Assembly (NCBI RefSeq): GCF_028641065.1
Contig: NC_073403.1
Span: 19,530,001-19,594,000 of the forward strand
Direction of reading: 5' to 3'
Origin: Leucoraja erinacea
Lineage: Eukaryota
Length of the DNA: 64,000 bases
The translations under genes were made by a program, and so were the position numbers. The first letter of the stretch is position 1. Each line of letters starts with the position of its first letter. Below, in pieces: positions 1 to 14,959 of this stretch. The notes beneath the pieces were generated by a model that saw only the letters and a program-made list of their open reading frames with translations, was not told the DNA's origin and searched no databases.

Positions 1-870
1 TTTAACGTGATACCGCTGTTGGATAAATAATGGATAACGATGAGTCAGTGTACAGGAGAGAGACGGAACATCTGATTAAAAGGTGCCAGACAACCATCTT
101 ACTCTTAACATTAACAAGGATCCGAATGTTGACTTCAGGAAGGAAAATCAGAGGATCCATGAACCCATTTTCATTGACAGGTTGGTGGCGGAGAGAGTTC
201 CCAAACATGCATATCGCTGCCTTGGCTCGACATGTCGAAGTAATTACAAAAAGCTCATCACGGAGACTGTGTGTCTACAAATACTCTATTGATCTTCTAC
301 AGTTATACATTAGTGAGCATACTGACTAGTTACATAACTTCATGGTGCAGTAACTCATAATGCCGGAAAGAAGGTAGCTGCAGAAAGTAATAGACATTCC
401 TCAGTCCATCATGGTAATGACCTCCCAATCATCGAAAGGGATACTACCAAGAGGCGTTGCCTTAAAAAGGCAGCTAATATACAAGACGTGCTCCACCCTG
501 GCTACATTTTCATTTTGCTGCTACAATGGGAAGGTGGTACAGTAGCCCAAGAACTATGACCTCCAGATTCAAGAGTTTTTTCCCCAGCAACCATCAGACT
601 CTTGAACCACACGGCATAACACAATTTCACCAATGATCTACTACTTAGTTTTTGGTTGGACTACATACTTCAGTTTTGCACCATTATGGTCTGGTTACCT
701 CATTACTGTTTATTAATTTATAGTATTATTGATTACAATATATATTGTACATACTGTATATTTATTTGTTGTGTGATTGCATCAATGGGCATATAAAGCT
801 GTAGCAAGAAAGAACATTATTTTTCTGTTCCCAGTACATATGACAATTAAATACTTCTGAATCTTGAAAA
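1..870 (+). mobile_element. Degenerate Rex1/Babar-type non-LTR retrotransposon 3' part
   Basis: Frameshifted RT C-terminal remnants (DNHLTLNINK...VDFRK; later HPG...FFPATIRLLN) and an AT-rich 3' UTR. Confidence 0.65.
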
Positions 871-1592
871 AAAAAACTACACCCTGGAGAACAAAATAGC
901 TGATATTACCACACCCGTAATAATAGGATTAATCAAGCATTCTTGTTGATAATCAGCCCTCAGGATCGGAATTAAACAAATTATTGCACATTCATAACTC
1001 TTAATATTATTCATTAATTACTTAATTCAATTCTACAGATTTAAAACAGATTTATTATCAGAGACAGAATGATGCAAAGGAACTATTATTTTAAAATATA
1101 CTAATTTATACAATAATATTCTTCCAGCAGAACAGGCTAGGTTTCAACTTTTCTATCTTGTCTCAGCTTCAAGCAAATATTATCAATTTATTGATATAGA
1201 TAATGGGTGACGATCTTACATCAAAACATAGAAATAATTTTAAATATATACTTTTTAACAGAATCAGTACGTGAAAGTCCATCCCTGGTTGGAACTACTC
1301 AATCTGCTCTCCAGTAACATCAATGCAATGTGCACTGCTTCCAAAATTCATGACATTAAGTTCAAAAAGGAAGATACGCTAACAGGTTCTGACACAACTA
1401 TATAGTGGTTAGCACTATAGAACAGGGATGAATTTGGGCATGTATTTAATGATTTTACTTGAGGAGATTCCGAAAACCTTGTTTCCCCCATTTAAACAAC
1501 TGTTATTTCATAGCACAACCTTTTTAATTCTTTGAATTGGAAACAATTGTCTAAATTATTTATGAAATAAATCATTAATAAAACTGAACTTA

Positions 1593-1703
<111 letters not shown>

Positions 1704-4479
1704 CTAGGAATAAAATAACAATTTAAATCCGAGTTTTCTGCCACCACAAGCAAGTTGTCATCATGCTGCAAGCAATTGAAAAATTGCAAGTTATTGAAAA
1801 TGTCATCACCAAGCTTTTATGGTAATTTTAAACATATCTTGTGCAGCTGTGTTATCAAAAATAATATTTTGTCATTTCTTCAAATAATATCAAGGTGGTC
1901 ATTTAAAAAAAAATCTTAGGTGGCGCTTGCAATTTGACTAAATGTGGAAGAATAAACTGACAATAAGATTGATACTTAGAGTAGACCATACTTAGAGCAT
2001 CTCATATTCCATACAAGGTTACCAAATTAGAAAAGCAAGTTAACATAAACCTTGAGCTAAGGTATAGTTCCCATTCTGTCAATTGGAAGCTAAAATGTTG
2101 TTAGAATGCTGTAGTAGTTGTACCACAATTAGCAATTTGGTGTCGAGAGATGGGAGGTGTGGAAACATAGGAGAAGCCAAATGTTATCTACCATATGTAC
2201 AGATCTAGATTTGGCTGCAATACCAAAAAACAAAATGAGCCTAGACAACAAACTCTTATTAAAGTTGGTTAAATCTAAATCGACAAATGCAGTATCCGGT
2301 CCTACCATAACTGGTATAACTTGTTAAAAATGCAAGAAAGATCTGTTGTTATATTTGTTGGACTTAAAATGTGCAATACTCAGTAAGATTTGTTAGAATA
2401 ATGAACCAGGAAGGAGAAGATTTAAAAGATATCTAAGTATTGCATCAGGGCAATGAAAATGAAAAAGTGCAAATTAAAACGAGACTTAATCCAAACAGCA
2501 TTTGATCTAGTTTACTCGAGACTTAGAAAACATAGCATAAAATTTCATTAGCATTTACGAATGTTTTGTCTATTAACTTGCAGTTAGGAAATTCAATTCT
2601 GCCAATTCAATTCATATACTTGCTCCATCAGGACAAAACATGTTTGAAACCAGTTGTCAGGAGTCAGGAAATCAGACCACAATTGAAATGGCAAATTCCT
2701 GATTTTTAACAAATTTTGAATTAAAAAACTTAAAAGTGTATAGTTCATCGAAATGTATCACCACACAATCAAATTTTAAACATCTCATTGAGAGCTAGAT
2801 TCTGAAGACGGATGAGCCAAAAAAAAAAAAAAAAGGTAGTTCAGAACTAACGTACATGAAATGGGCGGCGAGTATCAGCAAATGCTGTGGTTTGTGAAAA
2901 AAATCCTCCATGTAATGGCCAAAACTATATTTACTGTAAAAGCAGCAATATATTGTACATAGTTTGCAGGAATTTAATCTAATTAGTTTATACATTAGAA
3001 AAGATCTACATCCAGCCAGAGGCACACGCTTTGCATGCAGTGTCAATATGCAAATGAATTTCATGCTTATTTAAAAATATTTCTCGACTTTCTGGAAAAT
3101 GTGGTCCATGAACTGCGCAAAATGTCAATGCACTTTTAAAATTTATCCAGAGGATAGAAATAGGATGCATATTTTAAGGAAAATCTTTTTTTAAAAATGA
3201 TAGGCATTAGCGGAAAAGAACAGTGAACAAACCTATGGTTAAAAGTAAATATCCTGGAAAATCAGTGGAATGTGTCAAAGAGCTGAAAATAAATCACAAT
3301 CAAGAATTCAGATGGAAGAGCAAAAGAGCAAGGAAGTAGCAGTGGGAACAGACATATCTGTCTGTGTATGAAGAATGATCTTGCGCAATAAATAACAGCT
3401 TGATGCAGTGATTCGGATGCTACTATTTCCTCCCAAGAGGCAATACACACCTGCAAGGTTGTAGGTTCAATTCCAAGTCAGATTTCCATTAAGGCAACAA
3501 CAGAACCATACAGATGCCATGACTCCACAATATGAAACAGGTGAACCAACATGGACCTTGATTCTGCTTCCTATTCTACTATGCCTAACATAAATCACAT
3601 GCATACAAATATCAAGATCAAGTTCAACTGCATTGCCGATTACATTCAAATAACCTGCTGGCACATAACCGGCGTGGGGGGTTTACGTGAACAATGATTA
3701 ATTACTAAATCATCCGCAGAATAATCTCAGAGTGCCATCAACATCAGGAAAAGAGGAAAATACTTTCTCTAATGACATAAATCACTGCATCGAGTTTGAC
3801 AGAATACCAATAAAATAACATATCCATTGTGCCTAATTTGGTCAGTTGTGGGGCTTACTTGGCTCAGTAAACTGTCAGGCAAAATTCTTTGTTAAGTGAG
3901 TGGAGAAATAACAGCATCCCTCCTACCCCCCACCCCCCCCAAATAGTCTTGTAGCTAACCTTCTTGTTACCAGAGTGCATAGAACTTCAGAGGATTTATC
4001 CCATCGCAATAAGTACTGTTTTTTTAACATCTATAAAAGTAAATTAGATTTGAAGCACATATTGACAATAAGATTGTTGAGAGCACACAAGAGAAGACAT
4101 AAAGGGACAGGAGACATAACACATGCAAGATTCTAAAAAATAAAATCAACAAGCCAGTGACATGACAAATTGGCATTATTGTTTATTTTTGTTCTCTTGG
4201 ATAGGGCTGTAATTTAAACTAGCGAAGGCAATTATGACAATTACACTATTAAAATTAATAAGGCTAGCTTAAATCTAAAATTAATTATATACATCATCAA
4301 GGCTTGATTGAATATTAATACAAGTGTTAAGTTGTAGCACCGAGTGTTAGTTGGAAGCAGTAAGATTCAGAGCAATAGCACATGCTGCAGAAAAGATTGT
4401 AATCCTTTTGTACGCTTTCCTCAATTTGCTGGTGTAGACATTTCAGTGTTTGTTCGGGAAGCCTGATCCAGGAAGCCTC

Positions 4480-5103
4480 AACCCATCGATATTAAGGAAG
4501 GCAAATGCAATGTTGGTATACATTTCGAAATGCTTAGGCTTTAAAAGGCACTGGCCAGACCACATTTGGAATTTTGTGAGTAGTTGGGCTTCATATCTGA
4601 AGAAGGATGTGCTGGTGTTGGAGAGAGTCCATGGGAGGTTTATGTGAATGATCCAGGGGATGATTGGGTTAACCTATGAGAAGCATTTGAAGGTTCCAGG
4701 CCTGTACCCGGAGTTTAGAAGGATGAGGGGTACATCTCGGATAATGAAAGGCCTAGATAGTGGATGTGGTAAGGATGTTTCTAGTTGTGCGAGAATCAAG
4801 AACCAGAGGGTATAGCTTCAGAATAAAAGAATGTACCTTTGGAATGGAGATGAAGAATTCATTTAGCCAGTGAATCTGTGGAATTCATAGCCACAGACAC
4901 TATAGAGGATGTAATTGACGTAATCTTATTTGAAAACAGAGATTGATAAGTTCTTGATTAGCAAGGGATCAATGGTTAGGGGCAGAAGGTAGGAGAATGG
5001 GGTTGAAAGGGAAAAATAGATCAGCCAAGATTGAATTGAATTGATTTAGATTTAAATTGAATTAGATTTGATGGGCTGAATGGATATTTCTGCTCCTATG
5101 TCT
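4480..5103 (+). mobile_element. Degenerate CR1 3' fragment
   Basis: RKANAML...RPHLEFC...KKDVLVLERV remnants and a CR1-type tail ending gctcctatgtctt. Confidence 0.7.
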
Positions 5104-6555
5104 TAAAACCTCCGGGCTGAATGGGGAGGGGGTCTCTGGAGAGAAGATGCTGCCTGTACCGTTGAGTTACTCCAGTACTTTATGTCTATCTTCTAATTTT
5201 TAATGATGCTCTCCCATCTCTGATCATTGACTGAATCCAGAATCCAACTCCCCATTTAGCCCAGTTTTAAGACATTGGAACAGAAATACCCAAGGCAAGT
5301 ATTAGGACCAAGCATACAGTGGGTATTCCTTTGACTTAATTTAAAAGATACGTCACCAGCTGCTGCATTGCAAGAAAGATTCATGGGAGAATAACACTAG
5401 CACCAAGATACAGAGGACATTTAAATGAACAAAGCAGAGGTAGAAAGAAATAGTCAGGATAAAACACATTCTTCTCAACCATGAATCCTAGAAGCTTTGT
5501 TGCTCAGATTTAAAATATCATCCCAGTTAGAAAGTGGGAAGGTGAGAATTTAATATAACAATATTAACAATTAGGATTGGGGTTCTTCTGAACAGTCAGA
5601 AGGATTCAATTTAAAATACAGGGTAATAATCGATGGATCTTTAGCTAAACGATGTACAAATTATCAGAGTCAAATATGTCCTTGTTAAATCCATAAATGA
5701 AAGGATGGATCTGTGACAGTGGCTTTGATCGTGAGATAATGGTGTCAGGGGCAAGGGATGGTGCAAGAGCTTGGGGTAGAAACCATTTATAACAAGGCTA
5801 TATTAAAAGTTGTTGTGATTAAAACAGCTAGGTCTGCAGGAAAAGTTATAAATAAAAAGACAGCAAAGGAGTTAATGGATTTATAAATGTTCAAGAATAT
5901 ATAGCCAAGTAGTATTCTGGATATTGGTCAGAAGAGTGCGACAGGGAATTTAAACATTAATTGCAGTGAATGAAGTTAATGAATGAAATGCTTAACCTGA
6001 TATTTGAATTCAAGTAGATTAATCTGAAAATAAATTTATGCAAAATATAACTGATGCCAATCAAACAGGAAAAATGAAAAGAGAAACCAGTTAAAGTTTC
6101 ACATATATGACGCTTCATCAGAAAAGAGAATGATGTTTTTGATTTAGACCATGTGGTGAATGGGATTGAAAATTAAATATGCTACTGTTCTTGACATTTG
6201 GAAAGGACAGAAAAAAAGGGTAGCCCCAATAACAAGTAAAGACATGCATCACAGTGATAAAGATACACCTTAAGAACCTGACTTAATACCTGTAGAAGAA
6301 TAATAAAGTGACAAAAACAAAATGTTACAAGCGGCTTGGTCAAATAACAGCAGCAAAGGTGTGCAGAGTACTATGAAGAAACTGATAGCAAAGAAAATAT
6401 GCAAATTGTGTGGATTTAAACCACTATAGAGTAGGCGTCAACTTGTTAAAAGTAGCTTGGGGGATGAGTTCATAAAAACAATTTAGGACAATTTCTTGAA
6501 ATGATAAATTATGGAATCTGGAACATCCTTCTTACACCTCATTCTTCTCGAGTCT

Positions 6556-6633
6556 ATCGAATAAACCTAATTAATTCAATTTCTTATATTAAGAATCGAA
6601 TAAACCTAATTAATTCAATTTCTTATATTAAGA
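6556..6633. repeat. Perfect 39-bp tandem duplication
   Basis: atcgaataaacctaattaattcaatttcttatattaaga twice. Confidence 0.9.
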
Positions 6634-8061
6634 ATCCTGCCATCCTCAGAATTAGCCTGGCAAGCCTTCACTAATTTTTTTCCACAGTTAAAACATAGAA
6701 ACAAGTCCTTAAACAAGACCAAAAATGCACACAATATTCAAACTGCAGTTTCACCATGGCTCCTGTAAGTACTCCTATATTCACATCTACTCTCTGGTAA
6801 GGCTAGGCTATCATTTACCATTTGATCACATGTAGATTTGCATGTTTACCTTCAGTAACTGGGATCCTGTAGTATTCACTGCTATTATGCATACTAGTCA
6901 TATTGTCTAATATGTACGACTAATCACTGCTTGTCATACAGGAAATAAGTTTATTCCTACTCCGTTTCTAGTCAGCCAATCACTTCTCTATCCACATAGC
7001 ACCTTGTCCACAACCAAATGTACGTTATGTTTTTCTCCCTAAGACTGCAGATGGCGAAATCTTGAAAGACACAAGTGCTGCAGTAACTCAGCAGGTCAGG
7101 TAGCATCTCTGGGTAACATGAATAGGTGATGTTCCAGGTCAGGATCCTTCCTCATTAGATTACTTTAATTTTGCATGCTAATATCTTAAATGGAAAATTA
7201 CCAAACTTTTTTTTTAAGCCCAAATCCACCACTCTACCAGTTCTCCCTCATCTATTTTGCTCATTGCACCCTCAAAAATTCAGACAGATTGAATCGACTT
7301 TAACATTGCCCAAACCTGTTACTCTTCTCCAAGTGCTATGATATTACACATTTTGCAGTGAAACTCCAGCATTGTTCCCACCACTTACACTGGTCTAAGA
7401 TTCCCCATTTTCCTTCTGCCTCCTTTTTTTAAATATTGGGAGAGGGTTACAGGAGTTACCCAATAACAATCATTACAAAGTTTTGCAGAGTCAAGAGAAT
7501 AATGGAAATGGACCACCAATGAAACCCCCATTTCTAAGGCCACTTTCATTAATGCATTGGGATGCAGTCCATCATTGGAGATTTGTCTTTTAGTCTCATT
7601 TTTTTTAATGCTGTTTTCCTACCGATACAAATTTCACCTGTTGCCATATTCTCCAACATTCGTTGAAAATTATTTGCATCCTTCTTTGTGAAGAGAGAAT
7701 GAAAGTTTGAATTTAATTAGTCTGCCATTTCTTAATGTTCCCCTTTATTAATCCTCTCATTACACACTGCAAAAATGTATAGGTGGATGAATTCTCAAAA
7801 ATGGTTTCTTCCACTATATTCACAAGTACATTTAAACCAATCCTATATGCGAAAAACTGAAAACTGCTGGAGAGTCAACATCATTTCACCTCTGCTACTT
7901 TTTCCACTCATTTCTGCAATACAAATGAATAATTATGAACACAACTCTAAACAAACAAAACAACTTAAGCCATCACTCGAGTTTACAGAAAGCCAAACCA
8001 CACCACTGAAAGTTACTGACAAAGTAATCGTACAAACTCATCCAGGGAATATTTAGAAATT

Positions 8062-8363
8062 GGGCAGTCACAGTGGCGCAGCGGTAGAGTTGCTGCCTTA
8101 CAGCGAATGTGGGTTTGATCCCGATTACGGGTGCTGTCTGTACGTTCTCCCTGTGACCTGCGTGGGTTTTCTCCGAAATCTTCGGTTTCCTCCAACATTC
8201 CAAAGACGTACAGGTTGTAGGTTAATTGGCTTGGTAAATGTAAAAATAAATAAATAATAATGTCCCTGGTGGGTGTAGGACAGTGTTAATGTGCAGAGAT
8301 CGCTGGTCGGCGAGGACCCGGTGGGCCGAAGGGCCTGCTTCCGTGCTGTATCTCTAAACTAAA
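8062..8363 (+). mobile_element. tRNA-derived V-SINE (HE1-like)
   Basis: Box A (tggcgcagcgg), box B-like gggtttgatcc, V-domain gttctccc.gtgacctgcgtgggttt...ggtttcctcc, CR1-derived tail gggccgaagggcctg...ctaaa. Confidence 0.85.
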
Positions 8364-11300
8364 TATAAAAATGGAACAACATTCTCTCAAAGAGTGTGTT
8401 AATTTTTGAGAATTTAAATATATTTTTCATGCTGTCTATGGAAACTGGGAGATGATACAAGAGAAATGCCCATGACAACACGCTCTTTGAAATCTTCAGA
8501 TATGCAAATTCAAATCACGACAAAGCCCATCTCATCATGCAAAGAACACTGTTAATTCAGAGAAATCAATTCTACAGCTTTCTCTGTTGTACAATAGAAA
8601 TGTTTATAAGACCTCTAAAAGCATAATCAACCAATGGTTAGGCCACCAAGCAAAACATCTCAGGAATTGCTGCACTGAAAATGATTCTCAAAGATTTTTC
8701 TTAAAAAGGAATTACTACTTGTGGTTTAAATGGTGTGCCGTGTAACCCTATCATTATTCAAAAGATATATAATGAGAACTCACAATATGAAGTCAACATT
8801 TAACATTATGTTCAATAACTGAAAATTGACCATAATTAAATGTCACTGTCACATCTTTGAGATGGTGAGATTTCCAAACCTCACATCAGTTACGATTGGG
8901 GTGATTGAGGCTTTTTAAAGATATTGCCTTCACTGACAAGTTCTCAGCCTCTGAAGTTTAATAATACATTTAATTTGTGCTTACAAGAATCTTTCAAGTA
9001 ATGGCAACAGTAGCAAATGGATGAAAATGATCAAGTGACCTGACAAACAAAATCATGCGTTTTGCTCTTTCACTAAACCGTCACTTAAAGTCGATCAGGG
9101 TTCATGAATTTACTACACATTGTGAAATTCTTATTTTGCTTGATAAAGCTTCACATTAAACACAACACTTTACATTCAGGTGTCGTTCTTCTTGTACAGC
9201 CACCATAAGAATTAATTTCCAACCAAACTGTTCAAATATTTTTGCAAATTAGTTCCTCATCTATGCTGAGCTGATCCAAGAGAAAATAAACAAGAGCAGA
9301 GACATTTTTTACAGTGTTTCAGTGATCTTTGCTGAAATGTGTACGTAGATAAAAAACTGAGATAAGATGAATGTTTTGGAAACAGAAGAGATGTGCAAAT
9401 TATGCATGAATGAAAATATATCAGCAAGAAAGAGATGAATGAGAATAACAGTCTAATTTATATTAAAAAATAGTGGCTTTAAAAATGCACATCAGAATAC
9501 TTGTCTTTCTACTGAATAAAATCATTTATAAAACTAACATCTAAATTATAGAAGGGTTAGAGAGAATAAACAAAAGAACAATTTCTCATAGTTAACATTT
9601 TCTGTATATTTACAGGAATTAGAAGTTCCAGTCACTCTACAAAGGAGACAAAACACAAAATATTTTTTTAAAAGGAAAATGGGATTCCAGCAGGTGTTCA
9701 ACTAGAGCAGGTACTGAGAAAACAGGATAAAATAATTTTAAATTTCTAGAAGACTTTTGTGATTTTCAGACCTCAACATCATAAATTGTGCATCTATTTC
9801 AAGCCAGTTGCTGGACAATAATTACCAAAGTCACCTTATGGTAGAGAAACAAAAAGAATGATTTGATTCAGAAAGTAAAAGTGAAAGAATGCATTGCTCT
9901 GAAACTGGTGAAGATTCTGGAAATATAATGCAATAAATGATTGGGATCCACACCACTTCCTTCTCCCCCCCAAAAATTAAGATAGATCACGAGCACAACT
10001 AAGATATTAAATGCAAACCATTTAATCCATGAAGTAATCCATGCCATGAATAAACAGGCAATCATTTGAAATTAAATTGTGAAATAAATGTCAAAACTTT
10101 CCATGAGACATTCTACAAATGTGTGCATATAAAACAAACGCAAAATATTCACAGTTACTATCTGTAAAAAAATTGGCAAGACGACTAATTTTCAGTTGTC
10201 CATTTATCCAGTAGATGTGTGACTCGTAACTCCCAGGATGGCCTAATTCAATTCAAGCGCTGTGCTAAATTAGAATTTCTCTACCATAAAGGAGTTATGG
10301 TAGAGCTCCAGCATTTTGTGTCTGCATCTACCATTAGGGCTCCAGCTCGGGATCACAATTCAATAACTATTAATGCTGCAATTAACCATACATTGCGAAA
10401 TGACACTGATATTTGATTCATGGAATCATCAGATAGGTTATAAGGAAATCTGCCAATTTTGGATTGAATCTTAAAAGTGCATGACTCGTAGTACAATAGA
10501 CTGCAGTCATGTCAGGAAAATAAATGCTAGTGGTCAAATAGCATCAGCTTATGGATACTAGAACTGCAAAGGCCACGCAAAACTCATTACCAAGCCTGAA
10601 GAAAACTTAAATTTGTGAGCAGAGAAATGGCAGATGAATCAAGCAAGGGTGTGTGTACAGGCGAAGTGCGTGATGATAGAAATCCCCAAACCGTGAGAGA
10701 AGCCCAAAAACCTCCGTCCATTGGTCAAAGGATTGAGTATAAGAACATGAAAATCATGAAGGAGCTTTATAGGACTTGGTTAGGCCACACATGAGTATTG
10801 CATGCAGTTCTGATCACCCCAATACAGGATGGATGTGGAGGCTTTGGAAAGGGTGCAGAAGAGGTTTACCACAATGAAGCATGGATCACAGAGCATTAGC
10901 TACAAGGAGAGGTTAGACAGAGGGATTGCTTTTCTCATTTGATTGTAGATTGCTCAGTTAATTCACAGATATAAATGTTTTATTAAACTTAAACACGAGG
11001 GAGATCTGATAGAAGTATACAAAATTATGAACAGGAAACACACCCGAAGAGGGAAGCCACCGAGCCGGATCCCTGCTCGCTTGATGGACCAAAGACGGAG
11101 TTGGAATCAGACAGGACTGGTAAGCAGACATGCTGCAGGAGGCAGTGCTGTGCACCGCAACAGCAGAGTAGTCAACTGGAGGCTCTACAGCTTCCGCACC
11201 AAGAGGCTGAAAACGTGGACCGGGCAATGCACAGAGCAGTGGAGCAGCAGTGCAGACATCAACGGTCACACTAGGCTGGGCTGACCCAGCAGGACCACGG

Positions 11301-11898
11301 TATCTTTATGGCCAGGTTAAGAACTCTACACCTAGAACTGAGACTTGGAAATTGTGCCAAATCTGGCGACTCTGTATACTGTCTCAATGTACTACTACTA
11401 TACACTTGTACTGTATCTGAGACGCTATCTAAGATGTATTCAAGTGCTTATGTATAGTGAAACATGTACTGAACTGTATACAAAAATGAATATTACTGCA
11501 AAAATGTATATTTTGTTTATAGCAGGTACATTAATTGAATTGCTATCTAGAGAAGGTGCTTTTACTGCCTGCTTGGTAAAGAAACAGATCTAAGTGTATT
11601 AGGCCATCCTAGTCTTTTCAGTTCACATATCCACAGAATAAATAACTATTGGACATTGGTCCTTTTGTAATAATGCAAATTTAAAATCCGACTTCTTCGG
11701 TAAAAAAATACTTGCATTGAATTTTATGTGCAAATTCATAATATGTCCAATTGAAAAAATTGGTATTAATTTAACAATAATTTCAGGTTCAAATGGCTTC
11801 CTGGATTATTTTAAATGCATACAGGCAAAATCTTTATTCTTCCCTTGAGTATCATCAAAGAAAAACAAAACATATTCAAAAAATTCAACGTGTTATTA

Positions 11899-12177
<279 letters not shown>

Positions 12178-13309
12178 TTACACAAAAAAGCTGGAGAAAC
12201 TCAGCGGGTGCAGCAGCATCTATGGAGCGAAGGAAATAGGCAACGTTTCGGGCCGAAACCCTCAAGACACCTCAGAAAAACTCCATCCTATCACCCTTGG
12301 TTAAATCCCTCCCTACCTATGTTCAAGACACCTCAGAAAATCTTACCCAGAATAATCCCAATGGTACCCTTCCCCAGACCATTTTCCTGTAGCCCTGCAA
12401 CATTTCCTCCCACATTAACTCCCCTTTAACTCTTTGTCATTCCTCTACACAATGGAGTAATTTACAGTAATCAATTAATTTATATGGAGAATTTTGGGAT
12501 CAGGTAAGATACTGGAGCACCTATCGGAAACCCACATGTTCACAGAGTGTGCAAATTCCATAGAGACAGAACCCCAAATCAGGATTACACCTCAATCCCT
12601 GGTGTTGAGGGATGGCCCACTTTGCCACCCTTTGCCCATTTCCAGATTTCAATAAATTGACAAAAGCATGCAATGAAATGTGCCGTTTTATAAGAAAACA
12701 GTTAATATTGTTCAATAAAAGATTTTTCTTCAAATCCACTACTTTTGCAACTGAAATTCACGAGTACGTCATTGGTTATTAACCTCGACAATCATACAAA
12801 ATAGTTTGATGATTTGCTAGTTAGTTACATTCAACATAAATTAAAAGATTTGTATTGGGTTTTGCAGCACTGATGCTTGTGTAAAGTATAGTCTAAATAG
12901 TGAAAATTTAATTAGCAACTGAAATTAAAGATATTCAACATCCTGCACAGAAATGGTATTTTTGTTATTCAACATTTACGTTTAAATGTTAATTAAGTTT
13001 TCTTAACATATAGTTGATATTGAAATCCAGTTCATTATAAAACATAATATCTACATGAGATTTAATGGACTTAGTATCCTGCAGTAAGTTAACCTAATAT
13101 TTAATCACAACACACTGGGATTTTATTTTTAAATTGTAAGTCACCCACAAAGACAGTATAGGAAACTTTGTATATGGACATCTCAGGCCAATTTGTAAAC
13201 CATTTGTATTATTTTCATTACAGATTAGATGATCAGTCCTACGATGTAGTGGATACGTTCTGCAACTTTAGATATTAAACTTTCATATAGTGATTTATTG
13301 CTTAAAATC

Positions 13310-13916
13310 TGTTACATTTTGCCACGGGCACCAGTCTTCTCCAAGGGCCACTCTGATCCCAGTCACTGGCGGACAGGCAAGGAGAAGCCAACGACAAACA
13401 ACGCCTCGCTGCCAGAGAGCACAGTACCCTGGGCAGAACCGAGGCCAGTCAAAAGAGAAACACCCGAGTCTAATTAGCTGTTATTGGATCATCTCACCTG
13501 TAGCTCGGCAGCCCTACTCCTTATAAATCAAGGGAGTTCCAGACAGGGAGGGAGAGGAAAAAAGGGAAAGAAGATGGAAGACTTCCACCTTCCAACTGCC
13601 CCTCTTTATGCAGGCTAGGAAGCAGACCGAACCACCAGGACAAGCCTGGGACCGCCTGAGCCCCCTCGAGGCCAGAGTTAGCTGCTGGGAGGAGCATGAG
13701 ATTGCCTACGCCTTATTTCCGAGGCAAAGATTAAGTTGCCAGGACTAGCCTGAGATCACCAGTACCTTCTCACAGTCGATGAAGGACTGTGTCTCCACAT
13801 GGACCTGGACCTTTGTGTCTGTACCGTTCTCCACTATAAATAAACCATATGATGCGAGTTTACCCTAACATGAATGTGTCTGTTATTATCGACCTAGTAT
13901 CATCGTCGACGCCACA
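13310..13916 (+). mobile_element. Solo LTR (ERV or Gypsy)
   Basis: TGT...ACA termini, 4-bp TSD AATC (13306-13309 and 13917-13920), TATAAA at 13522-13527, AATAAA at 13839-13844. Confidence 0.8.
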
Positions 13917-14959
13917 AATCTCTGAAAATGTTCAATGAAATGTTCAGTCAAACTCCAAAGAAGTTCCTGGTCCTTGAACATATTTTAATCCATTCTTTGT
14001 GGGTGTTGACCATTCCTAATTATCCTCAAGATGATGGTGATAAATCCCATTTTGAATCACAGCAGTTTGAGTGCCAAGAATAGCCCGCAGTGGGATTAGA
14101 TGGGGAGCTCGAGATTTTGACCAAGCAATGGAGGAGGAACAACATTTTTTCTATTTTGCGGTAGTAAGGCTTTTGGAGATGGTGATGCTCTCATTCTCTT
14201 ATTGCCGTTTCCCTTCACAGCACTGTAGTCGAGATTGAAGGTTTGAAGTCACTGTGGAATAAAACCTAGCAAGTTGTTTCCAATACAATTGAATACAAAG
14301 CTTGACATGTTGCCCAGCAACAGTGAAGTGAATTCCCAGTGATAGATGAAAGGAAGAAAGTAGAGTTGATTCCAAACTGATCCCGTCGAAAATATGTGCA
14401 TGTAAACGTTTGATTTTTGTCCAATCCCTATAGCCAAGATTGAAATGTTATCCATCATGCTAACATATAATACGTTGGTTTAAATCGAACCCTAATCCAA
14501 CACATATACAAACATTAATACTCAAAATAAAAATCAAGAAAAACTGCACGCTAAAAGCCCAATTAAATTTGAGATATTAATTTTGCCCAGTCAAGGCAAG
14601 CTAAATAGGTACGTACCAAAGTCATTCCTCTGGAATCGTCTCTGCAATTCTATTAAAATATGGCTCTGTGCATTTACAGACTTGTTTTCTTTCACAATTC
14701 TGGCACCTTATGTAAAGATACCGGTCAACCCAAGACATAATTTAAATAGCATCCAGCATATTTTGGCGAACGACATGAGGAATTTTTTTTACTGGTTTTA
14801 TAAAAACTAGATCCCAAAATCGATGAACATTATTGAGTCTGCATCGTCTCATTTCAGATATAACTTCAGTGAATAATTAACCTTGCTCGCTAAATATTCC
14901 CATCAGTTCACATAACCGAATAAGGATTATATTTTTAATCTTTGATAATATTTACATCA

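Noticed and set aside
6556-6633. Direct repeats as a CRISPR-like array
   Set aside because: A simple two-copy tandem duplication without spacers, in a eukaryotic intron.
8062-8130. tRNA gene
   Set aside because: The A/B boxes are the head of a multi-copy SINE, with no complete cloverleaf.
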